Source of the DNA: Eledone cirrhosa
Taxonomy: Eukaryota
Reading direction: 5' to 3'
Length of the DNA stretch: 64,000 bases
Assembly: GCA_964016885.1 (NCBI GenBank)
Contig: OZ024740.1
Coordinates: 169,818,001 to 169,882,000, forward strand
Below, one piece after another: positions 27,010 through 40,640 of this stretch. A model generated the notes under the pieces. The model was given only the letters and a program-made list of their open reading frames with translations. It was not told the origin of the DNA and did not search any database. Within the stretch, counting starts at the first letter, position 1; every line of letters begins with the position of its first letter. The position numbers and the translations under genes are program-made.

Positions 27010-27739
27010 CACAAATACATTCACATTCATACACTTTCATGCGTGCAATCATACGTTGACCTTTATATGTTGGAGTGAAGATATGCCGTTATATACTGTA
27101 TTACACTGGACAATGTACGTGCAATAGGGAATAATTCGTTGCTCATCTGCTTCAAATAATATTTACTATATCATGACAAATTATTGACAGCCCTAGAAAA
27201 CATTCATTGAAATGTCTTGGGATGATAAAGCGATTAGTAGTCTAGAAGAGCTGCTTACTTCGTTTATTAATTATTATATATTGTGATACTTTTCAGTTAC
27301 TTACATGTGGAACCCACATATATTGGCCTATTAAGTTACTAATGAGTCATGTAAGGATTTCTTACAGTGAATCGGGCGGAAATCCTTTCGAGAGAAGCCA
27401 TACTTTTTGGTTGTATATATATATATATTCAAAATAATGTTACCTCTGATGTAAGATATGCGGTGAACACCGCTGACTAACGAAACATCTGACAAATAAA
27501 GCTCGTCGTGGTTGTTAAGAGCTGGTGACTATACCGAATCATGGTATATGTTGTCTTTCGCTTTGTTTAGATAGATTTTTGTTATGGTTTACGAATCATG
27601 AAACGGTACCATAAAGAAAGAACATTTCCACCTTGATGTACCTATTCTTTCCTAAATATTATGTGCTTTATATATGTACAAAATACCATGTGTTTCTCAA
27701 ACGATCTCTCTCTCTCTCTCACTCTCTCTCTCTCTCTAG

Positions 27740-27822
<83 letters not shown>

Positions 27823-28016
27823 AAGAATGAATAATAACAGGTAGACATCATATAAAGGTAATTTATTCTGTGAGCTTACAAATGTTTCCACGGTGGTTAT
27901 ACAGCCTAGTTATGCTATGTGCAAATTTATAACTCGTTGAGTAACCCCTCACCGTACGTCAACTCTATCCAGTGTAGTAATTAACCTTTACTGCATCCAG
28001 GATAATCCTATACCTA

Positions 28017-28054
<38 letters not shown>

Positions 28055-28153
28055 TTTAATTTAAATTATTGATGCTCTGGGCAAATGTCCATTGAGTGTT
28101 TCTACTGTGAAACATAAGCATCATACATATTATATATCAATATATATATATAT

Positions 28154-28193
<40 letters not shown>

Positions 28194-28611
28194 ATGTGTG
28201 TATACATGTGCGTGTGTGCCTGTGTGTGTATGTGTGTATGTACATATATATATAAATGTATGGCTACTTTGTATCCGCTCACTTTTAAACAATGTGCTCA
28301 TGGTTGACACATTAACTCTTGATTGAACAATCCACGTAGCTATGGGCGCTCACTGGTACAGAGCTATGTCCATGGTTGATATTAACCCTTGCTGGCACAA
28401 GCAAAGTAACTATGAGATAGCTATAATTAGTTAATTCCTAGCCACATTGGTAAGGTACTGTAAGTGATACGCTGGTTCGCAATGCTGTATACTTCTATAT
28501 ACAGTGCTGTATACTTCTATAATTGTATATTCTTTTGTAGAATGTCTTACTTAACTTTGCTTTCCTTACAGGGAGTAGTATTCTTACCTCCATTTGTGTT
28601 CGATTCGATTT

Positions 28612-28810
28612 AGTCACAAGAGCAACAATTTAGGGGGAGGGGAAAGTCAATTAAATCGTCCCCAATGCGTTATTGGTACTGTATTTTATCGACCCCGTAA
28701 GGATGAATGGCAAAGCTAACCTCGAAGGGATTTTGAACTAGGAGCGTAGAAGACCGTAACTCTATGCCATAAAGCATATTGTCCGACGCCCTACTGATAC
28801 TGCCAATACA
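28612..28810 (-). mobile_element. Older, diverged SINE copy
   Basis: tttatcgaccccgtaaggatgaa..aacctcg..tttgaact..gatactgccaat. Confidence 0.75.
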
Positions 28811-29098
28811 CGCTACTTTGTTTCAGGATTCAATAATGGCTACAACTGTATAGTGCAGCAGTTTTGATGATAGAGGTAAGGGTTTATGTAAGGGTTTGAA
28901 CCGCTACTCCACTAGCAGTACTAGACATAATTGGACCCCGAAGTCCAAGGTAGAGCATACGTGTTAATTGTAAGGGCGTTAATAAAAACTAAACAAGTTC
29001 TCTTGTACTAGTCTGAGCACTTTTTCTTTAGCCATATATCTACACATATTCTACACGCACACACACAAACACACACACACATGCATACATATATATAT

Positions 29099-29127
<29 letters not shown>

Positions 29128-29131
<4 letters not shown>

Positions 29132-29319
29132 GGAACAAGTAAGACCCCGACGGCTGAGCTCAAGCCGTTTCGACGGCTAATTCTGGACTGAATTAGCCGT
29201 TGAAACGGCTTGAGCTCAGCCGTCGGGGTCTTACTTGTTCCTATTACCCACTCTACTACCCTAAGTATTGAGTACTTTGGTGCGTTATGGTCCACCTGGT
29301 TCCTTACCACATCTCCTTC

Positions 29320-29320
<1 letters not shown>
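29128..29320. mobile_element. Fold-back element with partial hammerhead (family C)
   Basis: About 115-bp palindrome 29128-29245; plus strand has stem II, then GAAA-cggc-loop-gccg-TC-gggg; embedded in (TA)n. Confidence 0.65.
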
Positions 29321-29359
<39 letters not shown>

Positions 29360-29400
29360 TTTTTAAGCTTGTTGTATCCCAACAAATTAAATATAACCTC

Positions 29401-29451
<51 letters not shown>

Positions 29452-30509
29452 ATACTTGGGGAGGGTCATATTGTTGTAATAATATTGCCAGAAATAATAA
29501 CAGAACACACTCACTGTTTGGTTGGTTATATGTATATATATATATAAACAAACAACGATAGAGAGAGAGTGAGAAAGAAGAAAAGCGTGTGTGAGTAAGA
29601 TGAATTATTTTAAGAGACTTTGCTCTCTAATCAAGTTCAAATTTTATTATAAATCTGGATTCCATCACCAAACTATCATCGCCTCATAATTTATTCATTA
29701 GAATATTCTAATTTTTTTACGTACTGTTCTGTTAAATTTATCTATTACCGGAAGATAATATATATTCAACCAAATACTTTCATCCTGTTCAATGCTTTCT
29801 CTTATAAAAGATAGCTGAAAATTATTAAATGTTTTACTTCTAGAGGCTATAATTAATCTTCAATTAATACCGTTCATCTTAAGAGATATAGCTATTATCA
29901 ACAAAATAATCACCGAAATATAAATGCGTTTTTGTGTATATCGTATATATTCTTTTAGTTAGTACGTTTGATACCAAGGCATCTGAAACCACTCCAGTAT
30001 CTACCATACAAAGCTGTTAGTTCTAAATTGTTTATATTTATCTAAATATCATAGTGTTATATAAGAACCGTGTGTTACGTTATATTCAAAACACTAACTT
30101 ATTAATGACAAAATTTATTAAATTCCTCAAGGTACCTAATTATTTAAAACATTATTTAAAAATCCTAGGCAGTGTCTTTCATTTGAAACATCGATTTCAG
30201 GTACACAACATATTTTTTTACTCCGACCTCAATGAATTTCGATCTTTTGCAACTTATTTTTCACACTCACACAAATAATCCTCCCACCCATATACACACA
30301 CACACACACATATATATATATAGTTATATAATAAACAACATAAGGCAATTATTCCATTTACCAGTGGTTTCTTAAAAGCAAAATATTTTGCTTTCAATCA
30401 TCAGAATGAAAAAAATCGTGGTCTGTTTATTGAATTTGGATTTTAAAAAGAAAAATGCAATCTATGTGAAAGTGAGGCTGGAGAAAGAAGAAGGAAAGGA
30501 AAAATAAAA

Positions 30510-31040
30510 TAAAAACACACATACAAACACACACACACAAAAGCATACATATACACACACACACACATATATATATATATACATACACTCATACATACAC
30601 AAACACATATACACATATATGTGTGTATATAAATACACACATACACATACATATACACATACATACGCACATAAATATCAACACATCCATACATACACAT
30701 ACATATATACAACCACACACACATATATACACACACTCTCACACATAAATATACATATACAAATACATAAACATACATACGCATACACAAATACATACAC
30801 AAACACACACACACACACATATACATATATACACACACATATACATATACATATATATATATATACACACACATATACATATACATATATATATATATAT
30901 ATATATAAATACACACACACATATACACACATATATATATATATACATACACACACACATACATACATAGCTATACAATTATACACATACAAATACGTAC
31001 ATATCACAAACATATATATATATATATATATATATATACG
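30510..31040. repeat. (CA)/(TA) compound low-complexity tract
   Basis: Directly visible. Confidence 0.9.
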
Positions 31041-33465
31041 AATAAAGGGCCTATAAGCACTCGCTCATACTGTTAGAAAGAGCAGTTAAATAACCTCAAC
31101 ATTTGACGCTACTATCTTAAAAACAGAGGAAGACCATATGAGATAAGTTAGTCCTTGACACCTAGAATGAATACATCAAGGTGTCACAGACAGAGTGCTT
31201 TTCATCATAGTTCTGCTCATTCCGAATTGATCCGGTTATACATAACAACTACAACAAAATTCCTTTAATTTCATCTAAAGGGAAATTGCAAGATTCATAC
31301 ACTTCCCAAAAGCAATATCCCTGCAGGTAGAATGAAATTACTTGAAGCGGTAATCGATAGCACATCTCTCTAACCATTACTTAACACCCATTCTGAATCT
31401 AGCTAACATACTGTCATAAAGCGCTGAATACCAAATAGGAAATGAACTTCTGATAGGCTGAAACATGTCTTTATAAATGGCATGAAATCTGAAATCTTTC
31501 GAATATGTAAAATATATGAATAATACGCTTGTTGTTGCCAATTAACCATTTTATCCCACTTTTTCTAGACGGTAGCGTGTGATTTGAGGGAGATTTGTCA
31601 CGCATTTCTAGTAATTTGAATGTTCGTGTAAAGAAGCCTTTATTGTTACGCTATCATATACGTTGTTGAAAAATATATCGTAAATTTGCAACAATCCAAC
31701 AACCAGTGCTGTTTCGATACTCGATTATAGTTCAACTTCTTTATTTCTATTTAATTTTTATTCTGCTCAAAAATATAATTAATAATATCTAATTTAGGCA
31801 CAAGGCAAGTGATTTGTGAGAACGGGAAAGTCGATTACAATGATATCAGTTTTTAACTGCTATTTCTAACACACTGGCCGACAATTTAGTACGAAAGTTC
31901 CTCATTGGCTTATAGATGTTATCAATTATTATATCACCGCACTATTTATCGCACAGGTAAATACTAAAATATAGGATTATTATAACATTTTAAAATACAC
32001 ATTTACATTAACGTCAAACGATATCAACACAACTATCTCCATCTGTCTGAACCCCCCCTCTCTCTCTCTCTATATATATATATTATATATATCTTTATTT
32101 CACATTCGCTTTTTGTCCCATTATCACCCATCTCCCTGCTTCTCTCCGCCCCCTTCATTCTTCATTTACACTTTTCTTTTTCTTAAGCACTTACTCCAGC
32201 TTCTCTCTCACACTCTCTCTCTTTCTCTCTCTCTCTAAGTTATATTTTCTATATGAAAGATTGATTCATAGCCACTCAGCTAAAGTTGTCTTTTCCGGCA
32301 GTATAAGTGTTTCTAATTAGATTTTAAATGCCCACTATAGTAAATATATTAAAACTAACTTAATTATTGTTATATAGAATTCCTCAAAAGATTTCTGAAT
32401 TTCAATAGACTTAAGAAAAAAGAAAAAAATATCCTTGAAGAGATCGGCTGTCATTTTGTCTGCCGCACAAAATGTTAAGCTGATAGGGTTAAACAATCAA
32501 AGACTACTGACAATGTATGTTAGCAGATAGTTTGGGATGGGGGTTAATGTAAAATTTAAATTCAACTGAAATTATAATTCAATAACATACTGTCTAAATA
32601 TATAGCTGAATCTGTCTGTCTCTGCTATTCCTTTACATTCCACTGCCTGCTCTCTCGGTTTCTCTCGTTCTCTCTCCCTCTCTCTCATCCCCCCTCTCTC
32701 TGTCTCTCACCCCTTCTCTCTCTCTCATTCTCTCTATTGCTTTCCATTTAGCAATTATTAATTTTTTTCATATTTCAGTGTACGCAATTTCTTTCAGCTG
32801 AGGTACCGAACTTGACACAGCTCATGCATCACTGACTAAAAGTTCAATCATACTGTAACGATATGTGATCTGAGGTTTGAAAAATACTTCAGTTTCTTGA
32901 CACGTCCATAGACGACATTCTACCGCTCCATCAATGTTATATCTCTTTGAAAGAGTGATACATTCTCTCAACTAGTCATGTTTTGTTTTGTTTTCATAAT
33001 CAGGTTTGTGTTAATAAATCTTTGCACTATGTTGTTGTTGCTACTGTTTCTGTGGTTGTTGTGATGATTCTAGTTTTGTGGTGGATAATTATTGTTGTTG
33101 CTAATTATGTTATGGTTTTTGTTGGCTAGCTCCAGCTCTGACCTTTGATGTAAAGCCTTAAATCCGTGAATATCTTGTAGCCAACCTAGGAAAACATTAT
33201 CCAACGTGTCATTCCAATTTTAAAATGGGCGAAAGAGATATTAGGAAAATTTAGCTGTTATCTCCAGTAAATCGTGTGGCCACCTAGATGGTCATTTGAT
33301 GGAATGCCGATATTATGTTCAATGGTAAAGCCTATGATAGTGAATGGTATTAAAAGAAAGCAAATTTAACCCATTAAAACCGGGAGAAATTCCGTACAAT
33401 CATATATGCATATATATATTAATAGATTTACGCATACACACACATATCACTTCCATATATATATA

Positions 33466-33546
33466 TACAAGGTGTCCCACTAAAATATATACACACTTCA
33501 ACAGCATTCTAACATATGCGTGTATATATTTTGGGGGTACCCTATA
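33466..33546. mobile_element. Tiny Tc1/mariner-type MITE remnant
   Basis: ta-caaggtgtccc..aaaatatatacac / gtgtatatatttt..gggggtaccc-ta imperfect TIRs in a TA context. Confidence 0.5.
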
Positions 33547-33746
33547 TATATATATAATAAATGAGAGAGACGTTTTCATTCTTACATTTCTCTTTTATTA
33601 CATAATTCCCTTATACGTATTTCAAAGATCCAAGGGTAGTTTTATAATAATCCCTTAGCATGTTTTCATCAGATAGAGTAAGATGTATTTCCCTATCCGT
33701 TGATATGTTACTCGTTTTCCGTGGTGTTTACATAGTTGTCCAGTAC

Positions 33747-33824
<78 letters not shown>

Positions 33825-35394
33825 AGAGAGAGAGGAGAGAGGGGAGAAGAGAAGGAGTGAGAGACAGAGAGAAAGAAATCGGAAGAGAGAGAATGATTTT
33901 TCACTCATCGAACCCTTGTTCATATGCCTTTCAAGAATAAATGAATAATCTTAAAGTTTGGTTGATCCATTTGCCTCTTTTGTTAGTTTCTTAGTACCCT
34001 GTTTCGTTTAACTCGAAAGAAAACAAAAAAGAAGAAAAATAAAATAATCAAAATATTCTCGCAATAAATTACTTTACCCGACCCTTAATACCGATAAACT
34101 TTCATTAGAAAGTTTAAAAGAAAAAACTCGTCACATCCGTTATGTATTTTCAATACATTTTAGTCTTCTAAAATGCACTGTCATCTTTCCGTTTGCTGCT
34201 AACTATGATGCTGATTGCATCCACATATTATAAAGAATTAAACAAAATATAGAAGAAAAAAACAGTAAATTTAAAAATTGAATTTAACAGCAAGCATAAG
34301 ATCCACCTCTTTGAAACCATCATGTATTTTTTTTAGTCTGTGTTAATATATATGTGACAACAATACGGCGATAGCTCTCTTCTTTTGCTAGTCAAAAGAC
34401 TATTTAACCCCCAACACAAAAATAAAAAAATGTATATTTATAATTCTCTTGTCACAATTATTTTCACCCTGTTTATTGATTTCTTAAGAAATCTTTAGCG
34501 GAATGCTCTACCCGTTTACTTCCGATTCTGTGCTGGCATTCGTAAATGCTAAGATTTAACGTATGCTAGCAATGGAATAAGACGTCGAATAAAGCTTCCG
34601 ATATTTTCTCCTTTAACAGTTTCCCAGAATAATCGGAAATGATTTCATGCAAGATGGCGCTGTGGTTTATTTATTTGATTTCTATCTGGAAATATCACAG
34701 ACACATGCCCACTTGTATATATTGTATGTATTTCAGTGTGAATATATGCATGATTATATGCATACATACATATATATATATAGTTAATGAGAAACTCTAC
34801 ACACGTACACACACACTGACACGTTTATATATATATATATGAAGTGCTAATTTTGTTATGATTTAATGCCATGAAAATGAAGTATAAGTACAAAATTAGA
34901 TGTTAAATTGCCATTAATATAATAGATAATGAGAATTAGTATCTTAATTATTTTGCAGAATCTTAATCTGAATAGTGTGTAATTCAGACTAAAGATGTGT
35001 TGCTTTGCCGCAGGTCAAGATGTATCATATAAACGTATCGTCTTATTGAATATCTATCCAAGATGCCCATTCTTTTAACTGAAGCAGGTTAAGCATTAAC
35101 ATTTTTCACATGCTCATTGGTACGGATGCATTTCGCTGTGCATATGCGTATTTTGTTGCTTTCTGGTTTCTAATCTGATTCCTAAACATCGAGATGTTTA
35201 GGAATGAGAATCTCACGCAGTGAACCGGGATTCAACATATTTAGTGATATCTTTTGCTGGATAATTGATTGTTGTGTTATACCTAATTCCAGATATCTAA
35301 AAAGTGACGAATAACATTCTGTGAGAATCATACAATCTTACAAGTGTGACAGTAACATATATGACTTTAACCAGAAATCGATATCATGTGGTCT

Positions 35395-35922
35395 TATCTT
35401 GGTTGTCCATCATAAACGATGATGACATCTTCCTCATTGTTGTTCCCGTCTACCGTAGGCGCGAAGGTGACTGTGGAGGCCGATCCTTGACTTGCAGGTC
35501 CGGGAACAGTGGGGGCAGGGAAAGAGACCGGAGTCGCTTGGGGCAGCTACTGATGCCTTTCTCCTCCTTTCACGGGCCTCAGTGACCTCTGCCCGTCTCT
35601 TCTCTTCAAAAGAGTCTTTGGCGCATCTGGTAAGGGCTCGCCACTCAGTCCTGTCCTGAGCATGGGACTCGAGTTGTTTCGGGCGATTCCGGTGTTGTTG
35701 ATGCTGGACTTCACACAGTCTTCGAACCTCTTGAGAGGCCTGCCCTGCTTTCGTTTCCCCGAACAGAGTTCCCCATACATCAGTTGCTTCGGAAGCCTGT
35801 GATCGTCCATTCGGATGAGATGTCCCACCCAACGAAGTCGGCTCTTCAATATCATAGGATCGACACTGGTTGTCTCAGCCATGTCAAGAACTTCGAGGTT
35901 GGAGACCTTGTCCTGCCATTTG
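35395..35922 (-). mobile_element. RTE-clade LINE 3' fragment
   Basis: LRWVGHLIRMDDHRLPKQLMYGEL..KRKQGRPLKRF, DRTEWR, C2H2 finger CPHCSRTCKSRIGLHSH; 3' hairpin catcatcgtttatgatgg. Confidence 0.9.
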
Positions 35923-37456
35923 GTTTACAGCCAGCTCAATAGTACACTATTTGAACGCTAGATCAGATTTGGGGAACATTTTCAATTTAAAATCCCATTT
36001 TTAGCTAAGAAAATATAGTTGAAACAATTGAAGCTACATAATTTATTATAAACTAAAATACATAAAAGATAAAAGAAAATATGAACGTTTTTCTTACTCA
36101 GAGCAAATTTTGAAATAAAATGTTAATAAAATTGAATAAAACATTCAGATCGTAAAAGAGTCGCACGAGATCGGCTAAAGATGATTATGTAGCGCTGAAA
36201 GAGAAAGTTCCTGGCGCCTGCTCTAGAAATGATTTTAAAAAAATCGAATTGAGATAATTAGAGATGTAATTAAAATATATAATGTTAATAAATACACACA
36301 CACACACACACACACGTCCCTACACCCACACATACACTAAGGACATTATAAAAAAAATGATGCATATATATATCGACAATGTATATCTACAATATTGCTT
36401 TTTGAATTAGGATTTATTATATAGGTACAAAAGTTTTATCTATAAACAATTAGAAATGGGATTGTAGTTATTTTCTGACATTAAAAAAAACGCTTATTTC
36501 TAAAAATATATTAAATTGTCTCCATAAAATCATCAATTAGTTGATATCTATTGAAACCAAAACTCGTTTTGCTACTTGCCATGTGTCTTTTGAAAGGTAC
36601 TTCTGACAGAAATAGATGGAGGGCTAACTTGCAGAATCATTTACCTGATAAAAGCGACGTCGGTACAGGTGTCATTTTACAGACTTGGTAGAATGAAAGG
36701 CCGAGTGATTGAAAATCGTTATTTGAATTCATAAGGTAAAATGTGAAACGTTATTAAGAACTCACGTGACACATTGTCCATTGATCTATCGTTTTCACCA
36801 TATTACTAACGAGTGTTTTCTAACAATAATGATTTCCCACATTGGAACCAGAATATATATAAGCAATGGATCGGATCTAATTGCGAGAATTAGTAAATGT
36901 ATATGTTGGGTGTTCATTTTATAGAGCACCAACCACTTAAGCGAACTAAAAACTGCAATATACTCTATCGTTTCCGATTAACATTAATACAATCTTCATT
37001 TCATATGATTTCTATATATAATATGAAATGTTCACAATATATTACGCAGTAGATATAACAACGCGATTCATATCATTCCGCTGTATAAATTCCCCAACTC
37101 TGCATTTATATGACATAGGTGGACTTGAATCCTAAATAGGATTTTCGTCTCTCCTGGCATACGAAATGATTCAATTCTGCGATCATCATACAATAATTTT
37201 TGTAGGTGCAAACCACCGTAAGTTTCTTCGGTCGACGGTTTTTATTAGTCCTATTAGAGACCTTTCGGCATGAATGTCAGCACCTTATGAATCTGTTATA
37301 GCTATATGAAACAGTCAAATCTGACCATTTTAACATTTCACCCAGTGCAATCCGTTAATTTGAAAAACAGTGTCACTTAGTTTGTATAAAATAATAGAAA
37401 AATAAAAAAGGATGGGAATCATAACGTCGTAAAAAAGTGAAAATACTTTAACTTAC

Positions 37457-37526
37457 CAGCTACTATAATGTACATCTGACGTAAGATGAACAATCCAGTA
37501 ATGCAGAGTTTTGAAAGAGCCATCAT
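37457..37526 (-). CDS. Probable first coding exon of a host secreted/membrane protein: MMALSKLCITGLFILRQMYIIVA(G)
   Basis: ATG, a 23-codon signal-peptide-like stretch, then a perfect donor CTG|gtaagt in phase 1; candidate upstream acceptor tattttcattatatttcag near 37804-37822; unique (non-repeat) context. Confidence 0.55.
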
Positions 37527-38491
37527 TCCGAGAGAAGTTTGACTTTACGCCTCCAGAGATTTGATATCACTGTTAAGATTTCAGTTTTCTTTTTTATGCG
37601 TGTCAAACTGAAATCAAATTGCCCAAGTTCTTGACATTTTGGCGAAAACTGTCCTAAATTCATCTAAATGAAAATATCTTTCCATGTTTCATACCATAAA
37701 ATTTACGTTGTTATTTTCTTGTTATCACTTTGTACAGTTTCCATAAACTTCGTCGTTTCTTTCAACGTTATTTCAACGGTAATACTTTCAGTTGTCATGT
37801 GAGCTGAAATATAATGAAAATAGACGGTTAATATTAATAGATATTACTACGATCCTCTCTCTATTTCTCTCTCTCTCCCCCATCTCTCGCTCTCTCTTTC
37901 TCTCTCTCTCTATCTATCTATCTCTCTTTTTTCTTTCTATTTTTATCTATCTGCCATTCTCTATGCACAAATCTTAAAATATTTATAAACATTTCCTATG
38001 TGATATAATGAATACATAAAGTGGTATTCTAGACAAACTTAACATCAGAAAAATCAATTAACTGCATTCATGACTGCTGTAGCTGCTATATTGTCCTGCT
38101 GATAAACAATTTTCTGAGCATCACAATCAATTAAGGGTGAACGAAAGCTCTCTTTTTCTATCAGTAAAACAGTGACTGTGTCATTTCAAATGTCCCCTTA
38201 GAGCAATTGTGTATCGAGAAACGCTATATTCGTGTGGTAGGAAAATGTTGAAACGCGATGTGTATGATGGCATTCAGTTCAGTGAGGAATAGGAATCTGT
38301 CATAGACATAGCCTACCAGTGTTCTAACACAAAGACCACAAACATTCGATGAATGTGAGATTTTAAAGATTTTGTTTCTATACATATTTCAAAACATGAA
38401 ATACTTTAGAATCTGAAATAATTTCATGATAAATAACGAAAATTTTCATTTTATCTACGAATGTATAACAAATTCCTATATATATATATAC

Positions 38492-38553
<62 letters not shown>

Positions 38554-38576
38554 AATTTGTTATATATATATATATA

Positions 38577-38771
38577 ATTTTTTCCGCAATTCAACATAAC
38601 GTGTTTTGAAACTTTCTAATTACAAACAACACTATGAAATCATTTAGTAAGAATTACATATACACACACATAAACGCACACACACATACCATCAATACAC
38701 GCACACATACACATACATATATATATATATATATGTATGCTAACACACACAACAGACACACACCCACACCC

Positions 38772-38807
<36 letters not shown>

Positions 38808-38978
38808 TGAGTGTGTTAGCATACATATATATGTCTATGTATATGTGTGCGTGTATTGATGGTATGTGTGTATGCGTTTATGTGTGTGTGTATATTTAAT
38901 TCTTACTAAATGATTTCAAAGTGTTGTTTGTAATTAGAAAGTTTCAAAACACGTTATGTTAAAATGCGGAAAATTTTA
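38577..38978. repeat. About 400-bp inverted repeat centred on a (TA)n/(TG)n tract
   Basis: tttccgca..aacataacgtgttttgaaactttctaattacaaacaacac.. is inverted at 38920-38975; a small IR (aacaaattcctata/tataggaatttgtt) sits at 38464-38563. Confidence 0.85.
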
Positions 38979-39500
38979 TATATTTTTAAAATGCTATAAA
39001 AATATGATCATATGTAATTACATCGGATTTCTATTGTACTTTATTTTCAATCAGGATTATTAAACACTAATCTGATAAAGAACTATTGTCGAAATCAGGT
39101 AATAAATAAAGAAACAGATTTTGTATTATGTTAGAAATTTAGTCACAGGCATGCTACTAGATATACCATTCTATCTGTCATTATACGTATTTTCAAATCA
39201 CTTTTATAAATTAAACAGTAGAAAGTTGATGCAAATTCCATTGTGAAGCAAAAGGTTAAAGATGAAGAAAGGTAATGTTAACAAATCTAGCATAATATAC
39301 TTTACTACAAAACGACCACGAAAGAACAAGTGCCAAGTTTCTGGTAAGTTAAATCTATAATCTAGCTTCGATTCACATTCGAACGTATTACACGTAACTG
39401 ACGACACCAAACCTCTTACACTATATAAAGGTACGACTTATTGTAGGTTACCCCTGAATGTTTGTCGTCTCATATTACTATTACTAAGTTATTATGTTAT

Positions 39501-39563
<63 letters not shown>

Positions 39564-39565
39564 TA

Positions 39566-39641
39566 ACAGATTAAAGTTTAAGCAAAGAATCGCTGCTTTC
39601 ACCCTTAACGGGATCTTCTGAAACTAAAAAAGTCAATCTGT
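39566..39641 (-). ncRNA. Type I hammerhead ribozyme (family B), one core mutation
   Basis: acagattga..agttt-CAGAAGA-tcccgttaagggt-GAAA-gca(loop)tgc-TT-aaact-ttaatctgt: all three stems pair; the 16.1-kb copy has an intact CTGAAGA. Confidence 0.65.
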
Positions 39642-40049
39642 AAACGCAGAACTGGATATTTCAAAAAACGTTGCAACCGGAGGAAGACACACACACACAT
39701 ATGCATACACACGCACGCACGCACACACACATACACATGTATATTGTGAAATCGTGTGGCTGGGTGGTTATAGAATTGGATTCAGTTGTGGTATCAGTGT
39801 ACCCCTTGGAGTTAATCGGGAGTGGATGGGTAGTTTGTTATTTTAGCCGTGTTGGCAAAGGTGACGGTCGTAGCCAATGAACTATATACGAGAATTGTGC
39901 ATTTTATACAAGGTTTTACATAGGTACACATAAACAACATATATGGATAGATATATAGATACATGTCTACATAATACACATGCATACATACTGATATGCA
40001 TACATACACACATACGAAGATGCATACATACACATACATACATACATAC

Positions 40050-40640
40050 ATGGTGGCTGCCAACTCGTTTTCGAGTACGGCCACTACTTTATATCCATGT
40101 AGGAGAACCCCTACCAATGCGCTGAAAGAGTGTGATTTTTAGTTCAGCCAGCGACTTGAAAACTCTGGTACAAACACTACACTTGTGACAATTATTGACA
40201 CATAGTGCTGGGCCCATCGTACCATGTGACGACAAGTGAAGAGTGATCTCCAGATACAAAGCAATGCCTGTGCCGTGAAGCTTTTGTAGTGAGCAAAGGC
40301 ACTCTTTTAACCAAGATGATATTTACCAAAAAGAAGAAAAAGTCAACATCATTGGATACCATCAGGGTTGCAGGTGTTATATCAGAGTTTTCCTTCTCCT
40401 AGAATTCTGCCTTGACAAAGGCTAAGGGGTCATCTCTCCCGGTGATTTTGGATGGCCATTGACTCTTAAGAGCTCCTTTGCCCTTTGACAGGTTTTGATT
40501 TTAGTCCTGCAGGATGTCCAAAGTCACCCCCTCACCAAGAAACCTTGGTGGGGTTGCCAGTTTAGTCGCCAACGACCCGACCATGAGACAGGTTGTACTG
40601 GGATACATGTTACCAGTAGCACCAACTGGTGATCTGACAT
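40050..40640 (-). mobile_element. Internally deleted, non-autonomous RTE-derived element inserted in (ACAT)n
   Basis: RTE-like 5' UTR motif agagaaggaaaactctga; degenerate C2H2 end (SVCTRVFKSLA..); 3' hairpin actcgaaaacgagt; (ATGT)n tail. Confidence 0.55.

Noticed and set aside
27870-27910. Possible minus-strand hammerhead (GAAA-catttg-TA)
   Set aside because: No CTGANGA core and no stem I
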